NCBI GenBank assembly: GCA_020536535.1
Contig: JAHLWZ010000079.1
Coordinates: 1-64,000 of the forward strand
Direction of reading: 5' to 3'
Length of the DNA stretch: 64,000 nt
Origin: Pelomyxa schiedti
Lineage: Eukaryota; Protista; Evosea
The notes under the pieces are model-generated. The model was not told the origin of the DNA, ran no database searches, and was given only the letters and a program-made list of their open reading frames with translations. This document shows positions 13,152 to 24,400 of this stretch, in pieces. The translations under genes were made by a program, and so were the position numbers. Every line of letters starts with the position of its first letter. The first letter of the stretch is position 1.

Positions 13152-14871
13152 ATGCTTTCAATTTTACCAACCGCTAATACTTCCTTGACTGGCATTCTAG
13201 CTGAAACCTCGGGGACTGGGGACTTTTGTCCCCAGATCCCCCTCTCCTCTTCCCCCTCCTCCGCTCTCACACAAACTGCCTCCAGTGTCTACTGGGCAGG
13301 TCCCCGCCGCAGCCAGAACCTTCCTGTGGACGTTCTCGTCGAAGTTTTCAAAAACTTGGACGTGGTTTCCCTGGGACGCGCAAGCCAAGGTGCGGTTTTT
13401 ATGCTTTGATGTGTTCTGACGCGTTTTTAGTCTGCTGGGTGTGGGATGTAGCAGCCCGAACGGATTCCCTGTGGGCTGCCAAATGTGAAAGTGCTGTGGC
13501 AAGTTGTCGCATGGTCTGACATTTTTTTTTCCAAATACAGCTGCTGACAGGGTGGGAAACAAAAGGTGACTTCGTCGGTAGAATCCCGTATAGCCCCTCT
13601 TAAGACACACTATACACAAACTGCTACCAAGGAGAGGCTCGATTTCCTCCTGTAAACCTACTTTTCGTTTACCTGCCCCTAATCATCAACAGAGCAACAG
13701 TGCGCCTTATGAAGGACTACTTTACATCCCAAATGCAGAAGCATAGTTGGACGGGGTTTCCTGATTGCAAGTTTTCTTGTCACTTGATACATTGTGTTTA
13801 CCAACAATTGTGTCAAACTAGTGATGTAATATTTTCATTTTCATTTACCCCCCCTTAGAATTTGTAGATGGTGCAACTCCTTGAGAGTGGAAAATTCAAG
13901 ATTACCATCAATTTTGACATCTTTGAGCTTACCCTTCGTCGCTACTATGAGGAGCTCAAAGTGATGATTCCTCTTCCTGTTACTGACCGAGGTAGGAGCT
14001 CGTCTCGTTCTCACAACCTGAACACCTGCAGTTACATCCACATCCTATGGTATTGACTCCAGCAGTCCAGCACAGGACGACCCAAGGTTGGCCGTACTAA
14101 ATGATAAGATATCCAGGGATCTCTGGGTATGTTCTTTCGCAAACAGTCCGTCGTATGGACACCTTTATGCAGCGAGAGAATATTGGAAGGGAGTGTTATG
14201 CGCATTTCGACACTTTCTACAATAAATTGATTGTTGCCACTTTCCCAACGGTATTCTCTTATTCTTTTGATCGATTTTAACTCGTTGTAGGTATCTGACA
14301 ATCCGCGTTTCAGGGATCACTTGCGTCACTACCTCAACTTCCCAACTGACAACTTACTGACCGTTTACCGTTTTCACGTACTTGTTGCTCTCTTTGGACC
14401 TGTTCGTGATATTGCAAAGAACTTTGAAACGTGTCGATTCTTCCCATTCTCATTCTTCAACCCTCACTAACTCCTCTATTTCAGGTACGTTCTCGGACAA
14501 GGCTTCCTTGGTCTCATCAACATGATAAAAGCTGAAGAGATTCTACGTAAAGAACGCCCTACAGTTGACACTGTTCTTGTGCGTTTCAGTAGGCAAAAAC
14601 CCACGCAACTTGCTTTCACGTCCTTCAATGTTAAAGACCGTACCATTGAGCACAGGTAAGCTGCCGGTTTCTTGTACAGCAACTCACATCCAACAGGCGC
14701 AATGTAGATAAAGCAGGCCGCCCTATTCCAATTGCCACTTTCTTGAAAGAGCAGTATCCCCGCCACAATCTTATACAGTTGGGAGTTGATGATGAGGTAA
14801 CAAGGACCCACAACACTTTTGTATACGCCGCTGAGGACAGCCCCTACTGCTCTTATGGAGGACGTGTGTAA
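13152..14871 (+). CDS. F-box protein with C-terminal SH2 domain (Cbl/STAT/SHK-type)
   Basis: F-box LPVDVLVEVFKNLDVVSLGRASQVCWVWDVAARTDSLW. Spliced C-terminus ...LTVYRFHVLVALFGP...GFLGLINMIKAEEILRKERPTVDTVLVRFSRQKPTQLAFTS. Stop at 14869-14871. Middle exons are uncertain. Confidence 0.7.
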
Positions 14872-15019
14872 ATATTTGTTTGTCTGTATTTAAAGAACAA
14901 CAAACCCAAAAACAATAAAACAAACCCCTAGTTCGTCAGGACTATATTCCTTTCCGTATCGTTCGATCGTTCGTAACGTTAAAAACCGAGAAGTACTACG
15001 GGTTCTGATTGTTTTATTG

Positions 15020-18000
15020 TCAATCGTTGGGTGTTTCATTAAGTACCTGTACTTTGGCTTGGTCTTGCTGGACTACGGTGTTTGGTTCCGTGCCTGGCGG
15101 AGGTATCTGCGGTGATGGTGGAACCACCTTTGGGAATGTGACTTCCGGTGTCTGTACGGGTTCTGTGCCCGTTCCTGATGCTGCTGGGCTACTGTGTATT
15201 TGCTGTATCACCGGGCTGGTGTTTGGATCCGAGGCTACTTTTTCTGGTGTTGTGACTATCGCTGTTTGGGCGGCTGGCTTGGGAGGCGTTGCCGGTGACA
15301 GCAAATCTCGGGTTTGAGCCGATTGTTGCTGCTGCAGTGCACTGCGGTGAGCATGGCGAAGGAATAGTAAGTCTCTACGGCACAGAATCTGATGTTTAGG
15401 CCAGTGTTGCCGCTGGCACTCCTTATTAAGGTTAGTAAGCATTCTTTATGTATTTCTTTGGTACCTTGGAACAGTAAACCGCTGCCATGCATATGGAACA
15501 TCGGAGCGGTTTCAATAGTACTTGGGCACATTGGAAACACCGGTATAAGTGAAGGCCCACGAGGAGTGCTGCCACCATGGCCTGGTTCTGATTTGTATCT
15601 AGCGGTGAGGGAATGGTGCAAGTACAACAGCACCGGCAGCTACAGCAGCAATTGTAACCGGTTATTCCCAGACTTACTCCAACATTGTGACAAACGCAGC
15701 CGCCANNNNNNNNNNNNNNNNNNNNNNNNNNNNNNNNNNNNNNNNNNNNNNNNNNNNNNNNNNNNNNNNNNNNNNNNNNNNNNNNNNNNNNNNNNNNNNN
15801 NNNNNCCTCCCGAGCCACCACCCCCGCCTCCTCGGTTTGGTTTCCCGAGAATATGACATGCACCACGGCTTCGGCCGGTTCCACTCTCGGCTGTACAACT
15901 TGCATAAGGAGAAGAACAGCTCGTTTCGGGGGGATTGTCTGTGAAGCCCAGAAGGCAGCTGCATCCACAGCCAATCATTCCGCTCTCTGTGCAATCGCAA
16001 CAAACAGTGCCAAAATTTTGAGCAGAGTTATCTTCACCTTCGAATTTTAGAAGTAAAAAAGGAAAAAAGTGACACACCTGTCAACTGAGGTGATGGGCTT
16101 TTGTTTTTCTCTTTCTTTGTGGCCGGTTGGGTCACTCCTGTGTGTATTGCTAAATGAGGAGAAACTTTTCGCTTTTTGTTGTTCACATATGCCCGTTCAG
16201 TTGTGAGTTTTGAATCTGTTTTAAGATTGGCACAAGGTTATTGGAAAGGAGACTACATTGTGCAATATCGCTGATGAAATATCCTAATCTGCTTGCTAGC
16301 ATTCTTAATTTCACTATGTCTTGACTAACTGTGCTAACTAGGTGGTGATGCCCATGATGACGGGAAGGAGAAAGTGCGTTGCTTGACAATACCAGATCAC
16401 GCCATTCAGGGTGAGTTGTGGGCCATTGTTGGGTAACAACAAGAACGCGCACATTACCCGCTGTATCTGCCCAAAATCGGTAATACCTTTTCAAAAAAAA
16501 AAGGTTATTGGGATAGCAGTGACACACATTTACAAATACTGCAGTGTTTTTTTTTTAAACCTGCCATATTGAGCAAAATTGACCACACTCTTGTGGAAAT
16601 CCTCATCCAGTTCTAGAAAATTGGACCCAAAGCATATATCAACAAGTTCGCGCATTCCCTTTCCCTGTAAAGTGTTAAGGAATCCCAAAGAGAATTCTCA
16701 CCTTCACGATAGCTGCAGCTCCTACAACGCTTCCAACTAGAAGTGTGTGTGTCCATTTAACACAGAGCACGTCTTGAATATCACATGACTCTGTGATCTG
16801 ATACCAAGGAGGGTCAAGGTGTTGAGGGGAAAGAGGCGGACTGGGGATGGGAAGAGTAATTGATGAACAGCAGCACACGTTCGGGTGAGTAAGGGCTGGG
16901 TCGATTTGGGCTGGTATTAAGGTGAAAAGGGAGTACACAAAAATTGAACACACGTGATGTTCGAAGCTTCTTGCGAGGTTTCTGCATCTGTTGACTTAAT
17001 GATTGGGGGGGTGTGCTTGGTGGCACCACATTTTGGTTCGGTATATTGGTCGGACAAGGTTTATTCCGGTCTACATTGGAAGGAGAAGAATGATGGTGGT
17101 GATTGCTGAAAAAACTGTCACTCGAATTTTGAAGGTGAACAAGTTGAGGTGGTGCTGGAGGAGCCCCTAAGTCAAGGCACACCACCTTAAATAAGTAAGA
17201 ATTGTTAATTCAGAAACTTCAACAAGTTAACCTGCATTCCCAGCCCATTATCCGCACGTTTCAAGTAGTTCTCCCGTCGAACAATACAGACCTTGAAAGG
17301 TATGAAAAAATAGGCTGTTCAGGGTTTGCAACAAACCATTCGTAGCCATCCACTCCCAACTCCACGTACAGCAGCTTTCTCTGACGGAGCCAGGGCAAGA
17401 GATGTTGGTGCTCCCCACCTTTTCCAAATGAATATGAAGTTTTCAGGTCATTCTGCAAAGGAAACTAAACCTCCCTGCATAAACACGCTCGCATATAGGG
17501 CATGTGCAGCACAACTCGATGTCTTCAATATAATTCTTGGGTGTTTGGCTGTCCTGTGCAGTTTTAGAATTAATGAAGCTCTTTCTTTTGGTAAAACCTC
17601 CAGCCAAGCTTTGTTTGTGGCTCTGCTAACTATCAGGCGTGGCCACCACCGGAAAGATATGTGTACTTCTAATTGACCTCCTTTTGGGTTATCGGGGGGT
17701 GTAGTAATTTCTGATGGCTCCGCACAGGAGAGAGGTATTGAGGTATCGTCCATGGAGTTGTGGGAATTTGAAATCTCCAAAGGTTCAGTGGAAAGGCGAT
17801 CACAGGGTTCACTGGTGGGTGGAGTATTTGCGTTTATTACTTCGCTTTGTGAAGGGCCACTGACAAGTTTTTCTCCATTCTGGGTATTAACTTGACTAGT
17901 GCAGGGAGCACCAAAACATTGTGTATTTATACTCCACAAGCAGTACTCGCCCATACCATTCTTTGTATCCCACGTCAGGAAGTGAATTCCTCCACCACCA

Positions 18001-20061
18001 GTAGAGCCTTCTCTAACGCATGAGTTCGTGGAAACACACGGATTGCAGGCTACGCGATTCATTTTATGCACTTCACCAAAAATGTTAGTGGCTGGCCCAA
18101 TGCACAGTAGGGGTCCTACACTTCTAAATTAGTAATGTTAGACCTGTATCATTCCTATTAGGACAGGAAAATGTACCTTGGCTCGGCTTCGCATAACTTA
18201 GTTTTATGGGGATTTAACGGAAGTGGAATAACGTAGAGATTGACTGGGTTATGTGCAAGTAAAGCAACAAGATGAGTAGATGTTGGACTAAAGCAAACAT
18301 CTGTGTAAACAAGACTGAGATCCCGAAAAAGTAACTCAAAATAGGGGGCTGTCTCAAGTAGACGGTATCTTTTAGTATTAAGTAAAAAAGAACAGAGGTA
18401 AAGAGGCTTACACCACAAGACAACTTTGGTTTTTCAACATGCATCCCAAAATGAGAAGCAACTCCTTATTGGGACTGAGTAGCAGTTTTCTTGGGGCTGG
18501 TGAAAAGGAAAACGTGGTGACGTGCAGCATGTTGTTACAAGGTAGTACAATATCCTTCAGAACATACTTTCCTCCAACTCCACCACTTCCAACACCACCA
18601 ACACCAGCGCCAATTCCATTGTTAACCACACCGCCAATGCCAAAACCGATATTTCCAGATTGTAGAGGTGTACTAGACTTTTTTTTTCTGGGGTTAGTTT
18701 GGTTGGGGGTAGGGTTATGTGCCCAGTTCAACCTTATTGAAACAGCAACTACAACCACAACTAGAACAGTTACAATTGCCTCCTCCACATCCACAACTAC
18801 ATGTCCCTGTGGAACCGTCCAATGTTGGTGCGGGGTCTGAATTGAAATTTGGAGATGCTGGAGGAGAGGTTTGCCCAGAGGAAGAGCCAGGAGTCTTAAG
18901 TTTTTCACTTAGAGGTTGGAAAAACGCAAGCCCTGAATGATATATAATAAGCAGTACTCCTGCCGACTCAAACTGTTTGGCAATTGTGACAGGAGTGCTC
19001 GGCTGTTGTGTGGCAGAAGGTAACTCGATGGTAGAACTTGTAGTGGAATTGGGGCTTGTGCTAGAGGTTGTGGTTGGAGCTGTGGCTGTAGCTGTGGTTG
19101 TGGTTGTAGTTGTAGGCATAGGGGGATTCGTAGCAATGGGAGCAGGTTGGGTGGCCGTAAACGGAGGTGCAGTTCCAACGTTTGTGTTGGGCTGGTGTGC
19201 TGCTAGTTTTTCTGCAGAGTCCGATTCAGAAGTGAGTAATTCCTTTGCAAGCTGTTCAGCGTGAGGTGGCAAGGGTGGGAAAGGCGGGGGAAGTGGTGGT
19301 GACGAAGAGACCGTCAACGACAGAGAAGCGTGGCAGTGCAGCCAAGGCAGGTACTCAAAGAATATTATACTGGCCCCCACGCCGCCCCCGCCCCCGCCTC
19401 CTCCACCGCCGCCGCCGCCGCCACCGTTGCCGCTGCCGCCGCCGCCGCTGCCTCCTCCGCCGCCTCCCTCGCTCCCGCTGCCTCCCCCGCTCTGTGCCCC
19501 GCCTCCTCCTCCTATGCACCCAATGCTGCTCCCCACGCGGTGCCTCGAGTGCGTGTGTGTTGCAGAGTCGCCGTCGCTCTCCGAGCTGCTGTCCTCGTCC
19601 TCCGACGAGAGTATGTCGTAGCTGCCGCTGCCGTGCTCGTCGCTCAGCAGCGAGTACGCCGCGGCCAGTAGCCCCGGGTGCGACGCCAGCGACGCCGCGG
19701 CCCCCGAGACGGCCCCAAGCGGCGTGGTGGACCGCGTCGGCGAGTCCGACGGCGAGTGCGTCGGGGACGGGATCGGCGACGGCGGTCTCTTCATCGGGTG
19801 GTGCGGCGGCGACGGCGGGTCCATCGTCCCCACGCTACCACCACCACCACCACTACTACTACCGCTATTGCTTGTGCCTGTGCTCGTGCTCGTGCTGGTG
19901 GTGCTGGAGCTGCTTGCTGTTGTCGTGGATGTTGTCGACTGCTGTGACGTGGTGGGGGTTGCGGTCGAGGTGGATGTTGGCGATTGTGGAGGCGATGGTG
20001 CCGCTGATGCAGGGGGCGTTGTGCTAGGTGAGTCCGCCAGCGTTGTCAAATCGGGAGACAC
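15020..20061 (-). CDS. Large low-complexity protein with C-terminal MYND zinc finger; spans an assembly gap
   Basis: Spliced CFQCAQVLLKPLRCSICMAAVYCSKECQRQHWPKHQILC matches the zf-MYND consensus (about 15375-15530). First exon ORF 18715-20061 is Ser/Thr/Gly/Pro-rich. One-gene continuity is not verified at every junction. Confidence 0.65.
15706..15805. other. Assembly gap (100 N)
   Basis: Run of exactly 100 N flanked by GCC/CCG-rich sequence. Confidence 0.99.
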
Positions 20062-20356
20062 AAAAAACGAAACGGGTATCGCGATTGTGTTTCTGGTATG
20101 AGGCGCACGATAGAGATCGCGTGGTGGGTACTTGCCGACAGTTGCGATGGTACCCCCGACTTTTTGTTTGGTGTTTGTTGATAAGGTTTTTCCTTTTTTT
20201 TTTGTTTTGGATTTGGTTTTATTTCTGCCGTTCTTTCCTCTGTTGCCATTTTTGTTTCGCTTCAGTTCTGGATTTGATTTCTAATAACTCGGGGTAGGGG
20301 TGGTGAGTGGTGAGATATCAGGGTTTTAGTTGCACTCCCGGAGTGTTGTTGTTCTC

Positions 20357-21394
20357 CTATGGCTCTTCTTCACAAACTTCCCAGTGAACATCAGGGAGAA
20401 GGTTGGAGAGTGCTTCACATGCTTGTGAGCAGCGGGATAATTTGTACCACCTCACAGCTTCCCTGACATCCTTTGGGGTGCCCAGTTTATAGTGGAAACA
20501 CCTGGCGAGGTTATATCTAGCAAGGATGTCGCCTTGACTGGCTGCAAGACGGTACAAAGAGACCGCACGTGCACGGTCAACTGGAACAATCTCCCCAGTC
20601 TCATACTGCACGCCGAGCTGGTTTTGTGCCTCATCAAGGCCCTGTGCAGCTGCCCTCTCAAGTAAGCCAAGGGCCTGTGATTTGCTGTCTGGTGCTGCAG
20701 CGTAGACTGTTGCCAGCTTCGTCATTGAAAACGCGTTTCCTTTTGCAGCACTAGCTTCGTAGCAGCGTATTCCCTCGGCTGAGTCCTTCTCTACGCCGCA
20801 GCCACTCACATAGCATGATCCCAGGTTGTGATATGCCCATGGGTTGCCTCTAGCAATAGCCTCGCGATAGTTAACAACGGCTTCGTTTTTGTCAGTACAC
20901 GAGCCAAGTAGGTACTGCTGACAGTATCCGAGCGAAAACATTGCCCAGCAATCCCCCTGGGCCACACCTATCTTATAGTGCTCAACTGCCTTGGAATAGT
21001 CCCTTTTTACCCCAATTGGCCAGAGATACAAGCAACCCAGCAAAAAGTGGCAAAATCCAAGCAGGGCACCTTCGTCCCCGCACACCTCACATGTGGCCCT
21101 GAGCATTGCCCAGAAGAAGTCCATTGAGGACCGGCGGCATGTCTGTGCCTTGCGCAGGAGGGAGTCCCGCGGGTACTCGTCGCAGCGCTTGCCTCTCAAC
21201 ACCACGTATGGGTTGTTTAGAAACACGAACCTCATCATCACCAACCCAAACGACTGGTACACCACGTCGTCGGACAGCAAAGTTAGACACCTCTGGTGCA
21301 CGCTTTCGAACTCGTTGCGTATTGCCAGCCTCAGTACATTTTGGCAACACCCAAAGTCTCCGTTTGTTTGTTGGGTTCTTGTGGGATTTGACAT
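20357..21394 (-). CDS. Sel1-like repeat (SLR) protein, intronless
   Basis: 345-aa ORF with about 6 repeats such as AYHNLGSCYVSGCGVEKDSAEGIRCYEASAAKG and AQNQLGVQYETGEIVPVDRARAVSLYRLAASQG. Confidence 0.9.
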   Translation of the reverse strand: MSNPTRTQQTNGDFGCCQNVLRLAIRNEFESVHQRCLTLLSDDVVYQSFGLVMMRFVFLNNPYVVLRGKRCDEYPRDSLLRKAQTCRRSSMDFFWAMLRATCEVCGDEGALLGFCHFLLGCLYLWPIGVKRDYSKAVEHYKIGVAQGDCWAMFSLGYCQQYLLGSCTDKNEAVVNYREAIARGNPWAYHNLGSCYVSGCGVEKDSAEGIRCYEASAAKGNAFSMTKLATVYAAAPDSKSQALGLLERAAAQGLDEAQNQLGVQYETGEIVPVDRARAVSLYRLAASQGDILARYNLARCFHYKLGTPKDVREAVRWYKLSRCSQACEALSNLLPDVHWEVCEEEP

Positions 21395-21413
21395 TTTGTT
21401 GATTTTTCTTCGG

Positions 21414-24400
21414 TTATGCTTGCGTGATGGAGATCTGAAGGCAGTCTACAGTCTCCCCAGTCTCTGCGTCGTTGAAGAAAACCAAGAGCGTGCGGACATT
21501 GGAATTGGGAGGAATGTGGAATTGCATTATGATGGCTTTCTTCTCTTGTCCAGTGAGTTCCAATGTGTCATCCTAGTTGTTTTAGAGTTACAAACCAGAA
21601 TTGGGGTTGGAACCTTGAAGGAAAGGAACTCGGGTTGGTTGGTGTGAAGCAGTAAGGTTTTAGGATGCGAAGAGGGGTTTTGGTACACAAGTCTCTGGTC
21701 ACACGTAAGAAAGTTACATTGAAAAGGATGTATGTCGTACCTTGGGTACTGTACGGTCAGTATTCACAACTAGTTGGCATTTGCGGGTGACGCGGGGTGC
21801 TGTAGCAGTCGCGTGCACAATCCAGGCAAAAAGGAGTTGGCTTGTTGTGGCATCTTTGTATGTCAGTGGTTTAAGATATTTCAGAGTACTTACCAACGAG
21901 GTGAATGTGTGATTCGAGGATTCCAGGTTTTCTTGGGGTGATTGCGCAAAAAATTTCGTTGGTTTGCCCCATATTTAATACTACTGTTGGGTCCACAACC
22001 TTATGAAATGGTAAGATGGGAAGGAGAATTCCGATTACTCAACAGCGACTTCTTGGTGTGACGAAAAGCAATATGCGGAAGTGGAAGACGGTCCAAACAC
22101 ACCATGCGGTAAAGTTCCTTGTGTAGTCTGGCCGACTTGCGCAGTCAGGTCGTACCTTGTGTTGATGAGAAACAGTGAGTGTGAGGGATTAGAAAGTACC
22201 TTCTCTTAGAATGCACAAAAATCAACCAGCATTCAGACATACATAGCAATTGGGGGTCGCTATATATTACAGCATAAAAGTGAATGGTGGATGGGGAAGC
22301 CCCGCATTTCACTGTGAAAACAACACGTTGATCCTCAGTTTCTTTCTATCGCGATAAGTTCAGTGAATTTCCAAAAGAATAACAGGAAACTAGCCAAGGG
22401 TTTTTGCACTGTATATCGAACCAATGTAGTAGAAAACCGAGCATACTTTGGAGAAGTTGTTTTGTTGAAAGTGTCATACCTGCCTTGCAATTAAAACACG
22501 TAGGGGATAAAGACCATACTTTGAAACAATAGCGATTGATTGTGTGAACATTTCGTTCTCTATCCCAAAGAAGTGAAAGGTGTGATCCACAACATATGGT
22601 TGCGGTTCTATAATTACATTTACACATCCCAGGACATATCCCCGGTTGTTACATATGGATATATTTACATTTTGCTTTGTAATGGGCTCATCAGGTTGCT
22701 AGAAGTGTGAGATTTCACAGATAAATTTGCACTACACACAGCTACACCAGTTGGAGTGAAATAACCAACCATAAGGTTGGTACCAGCATTTTGCTGCAGG
22801 AAATCACTTGGTACCAAATACCCACACTTCCAACTTTGAAATTTAAAGGGAACATAAATGGATTCCCGGGGTCCAAGCAGAACCTGGAGTAATCTTACTA
22901 GTGCACTTAGTGGAGAGGATTACTTTATTTCCCTCAAGAAGGGGCTTCGTCGGCATGGACGCTTCAACGTGGAACACTCTTCTCAAAGATATATGTTCTT
23001 GCTCGTCAGTGACAGTGCTAAATAGACCACTAAATGGACAAAGGAAGAGAGAGAACTGGAATACTGAAGTTCTGGTGTGCCAACGGGAAAAGAGAAGGTG
23101 TGCTCTTCGTTATAGGGATTGGTGAAGAGGAGCTCAAAAAATGAAACACTCCCAAACGTGGGGAAAATTGTATGTGAACTGGAAGGATATTTCCTGAGAT
23201 GATTGGCAATAGTATCCCGCTTTGCGCTAGGGAAAATAAGCAAATCCCAAGCAGTGAAACAAAATGGGAGGACTCACTTTTCCCTATAAGACTGAATTAA
23301 CAATAGTTCTCTTTCTCGCTGGAGTGTTGATTCCAGATTTTCCAACTATATAAATGAGTATAGTAACAATGATACAGCAGGGGATACCTTCCCTAGCTTT
23401 TGTTGGATCAGTTGAATTCTAGCCTTTTGGCGTTGAAGAAGTTCTGTGCCATTGACCTGCGTAGCACAGGTCACAAAGTATAAATAAATATTGTTTCGTG
23501 TTTATACTATTTACTCACTTGTTGCTTTGCAAATATTGGGGATGTTGGTAGTGGTGGAGGAGTTTTATTTCTCACCTGCTGAAGTAACACAGCCAGTTCG
23601 TTACTGATGTCTCGTAGCTGGCATTGTGAATAGGGGAAAAAGAAGATGATATACCTCCGACGCTGTCACCATCTCTGTACTTTGGGGTTGCGTTGGCGGT
23701 TGTTGTAGGATGTGAGTTTTTTCAGTTGGAGGATTGAGTATTCCGGAACGATCTAAATTGAGATCTTAAATTACAGGTGATGTTTAGAAGACCTGAATAC
23801 TTGTGGAAGAGCCTATGTTTGCCATTCGCAAGTGCAAGAACCCGTTGCACACTACATGCTGCGTTTCCTCTGGCCCAGCTTTCTATTAAACGTGAAAAGC
23901 CATATATGTGAATACGGTTGATTACCTCGAAGTTGGTTATATTATAGCATTGAGTCCGTTGAATTGCAGGTGCTGCCTCTCGGAGTAGGTACTTGAGTTC
24001 AATGTGGCAACTACCTGCTAGACTTTGAGTATTGCACAAATGCTACTGGATACGGCGTTGTACCTAAATAAAACAGTGCATCACCGTCCCACACATCAAT
24101 TTGTAAAAATTTTTCGTGCAAGTAATCAAGAAACTGTTTCCCTTGGCCCCAATAATGGGTCAAAAAGCCAGGATTTTCTTTCTTTTGTAAGTAAAACAAA
24201 ATTGTTACTCTAAAATAACCTTGGTTCATTTCATCTGGGAACAGCACATGAACGGCTTCATTGAGGTTGTTGTTTTGTGTCGAAGGCTGCTTCAGGAAAA
24301 GTTTGCAGGTATACACTGGTGGATACCTCCAAAATCTGAAGGACAAAATAAGCGAGTGAAACTGAGGTGCATCTGCGTTATGTAAGTTCGTATTCAAGGT

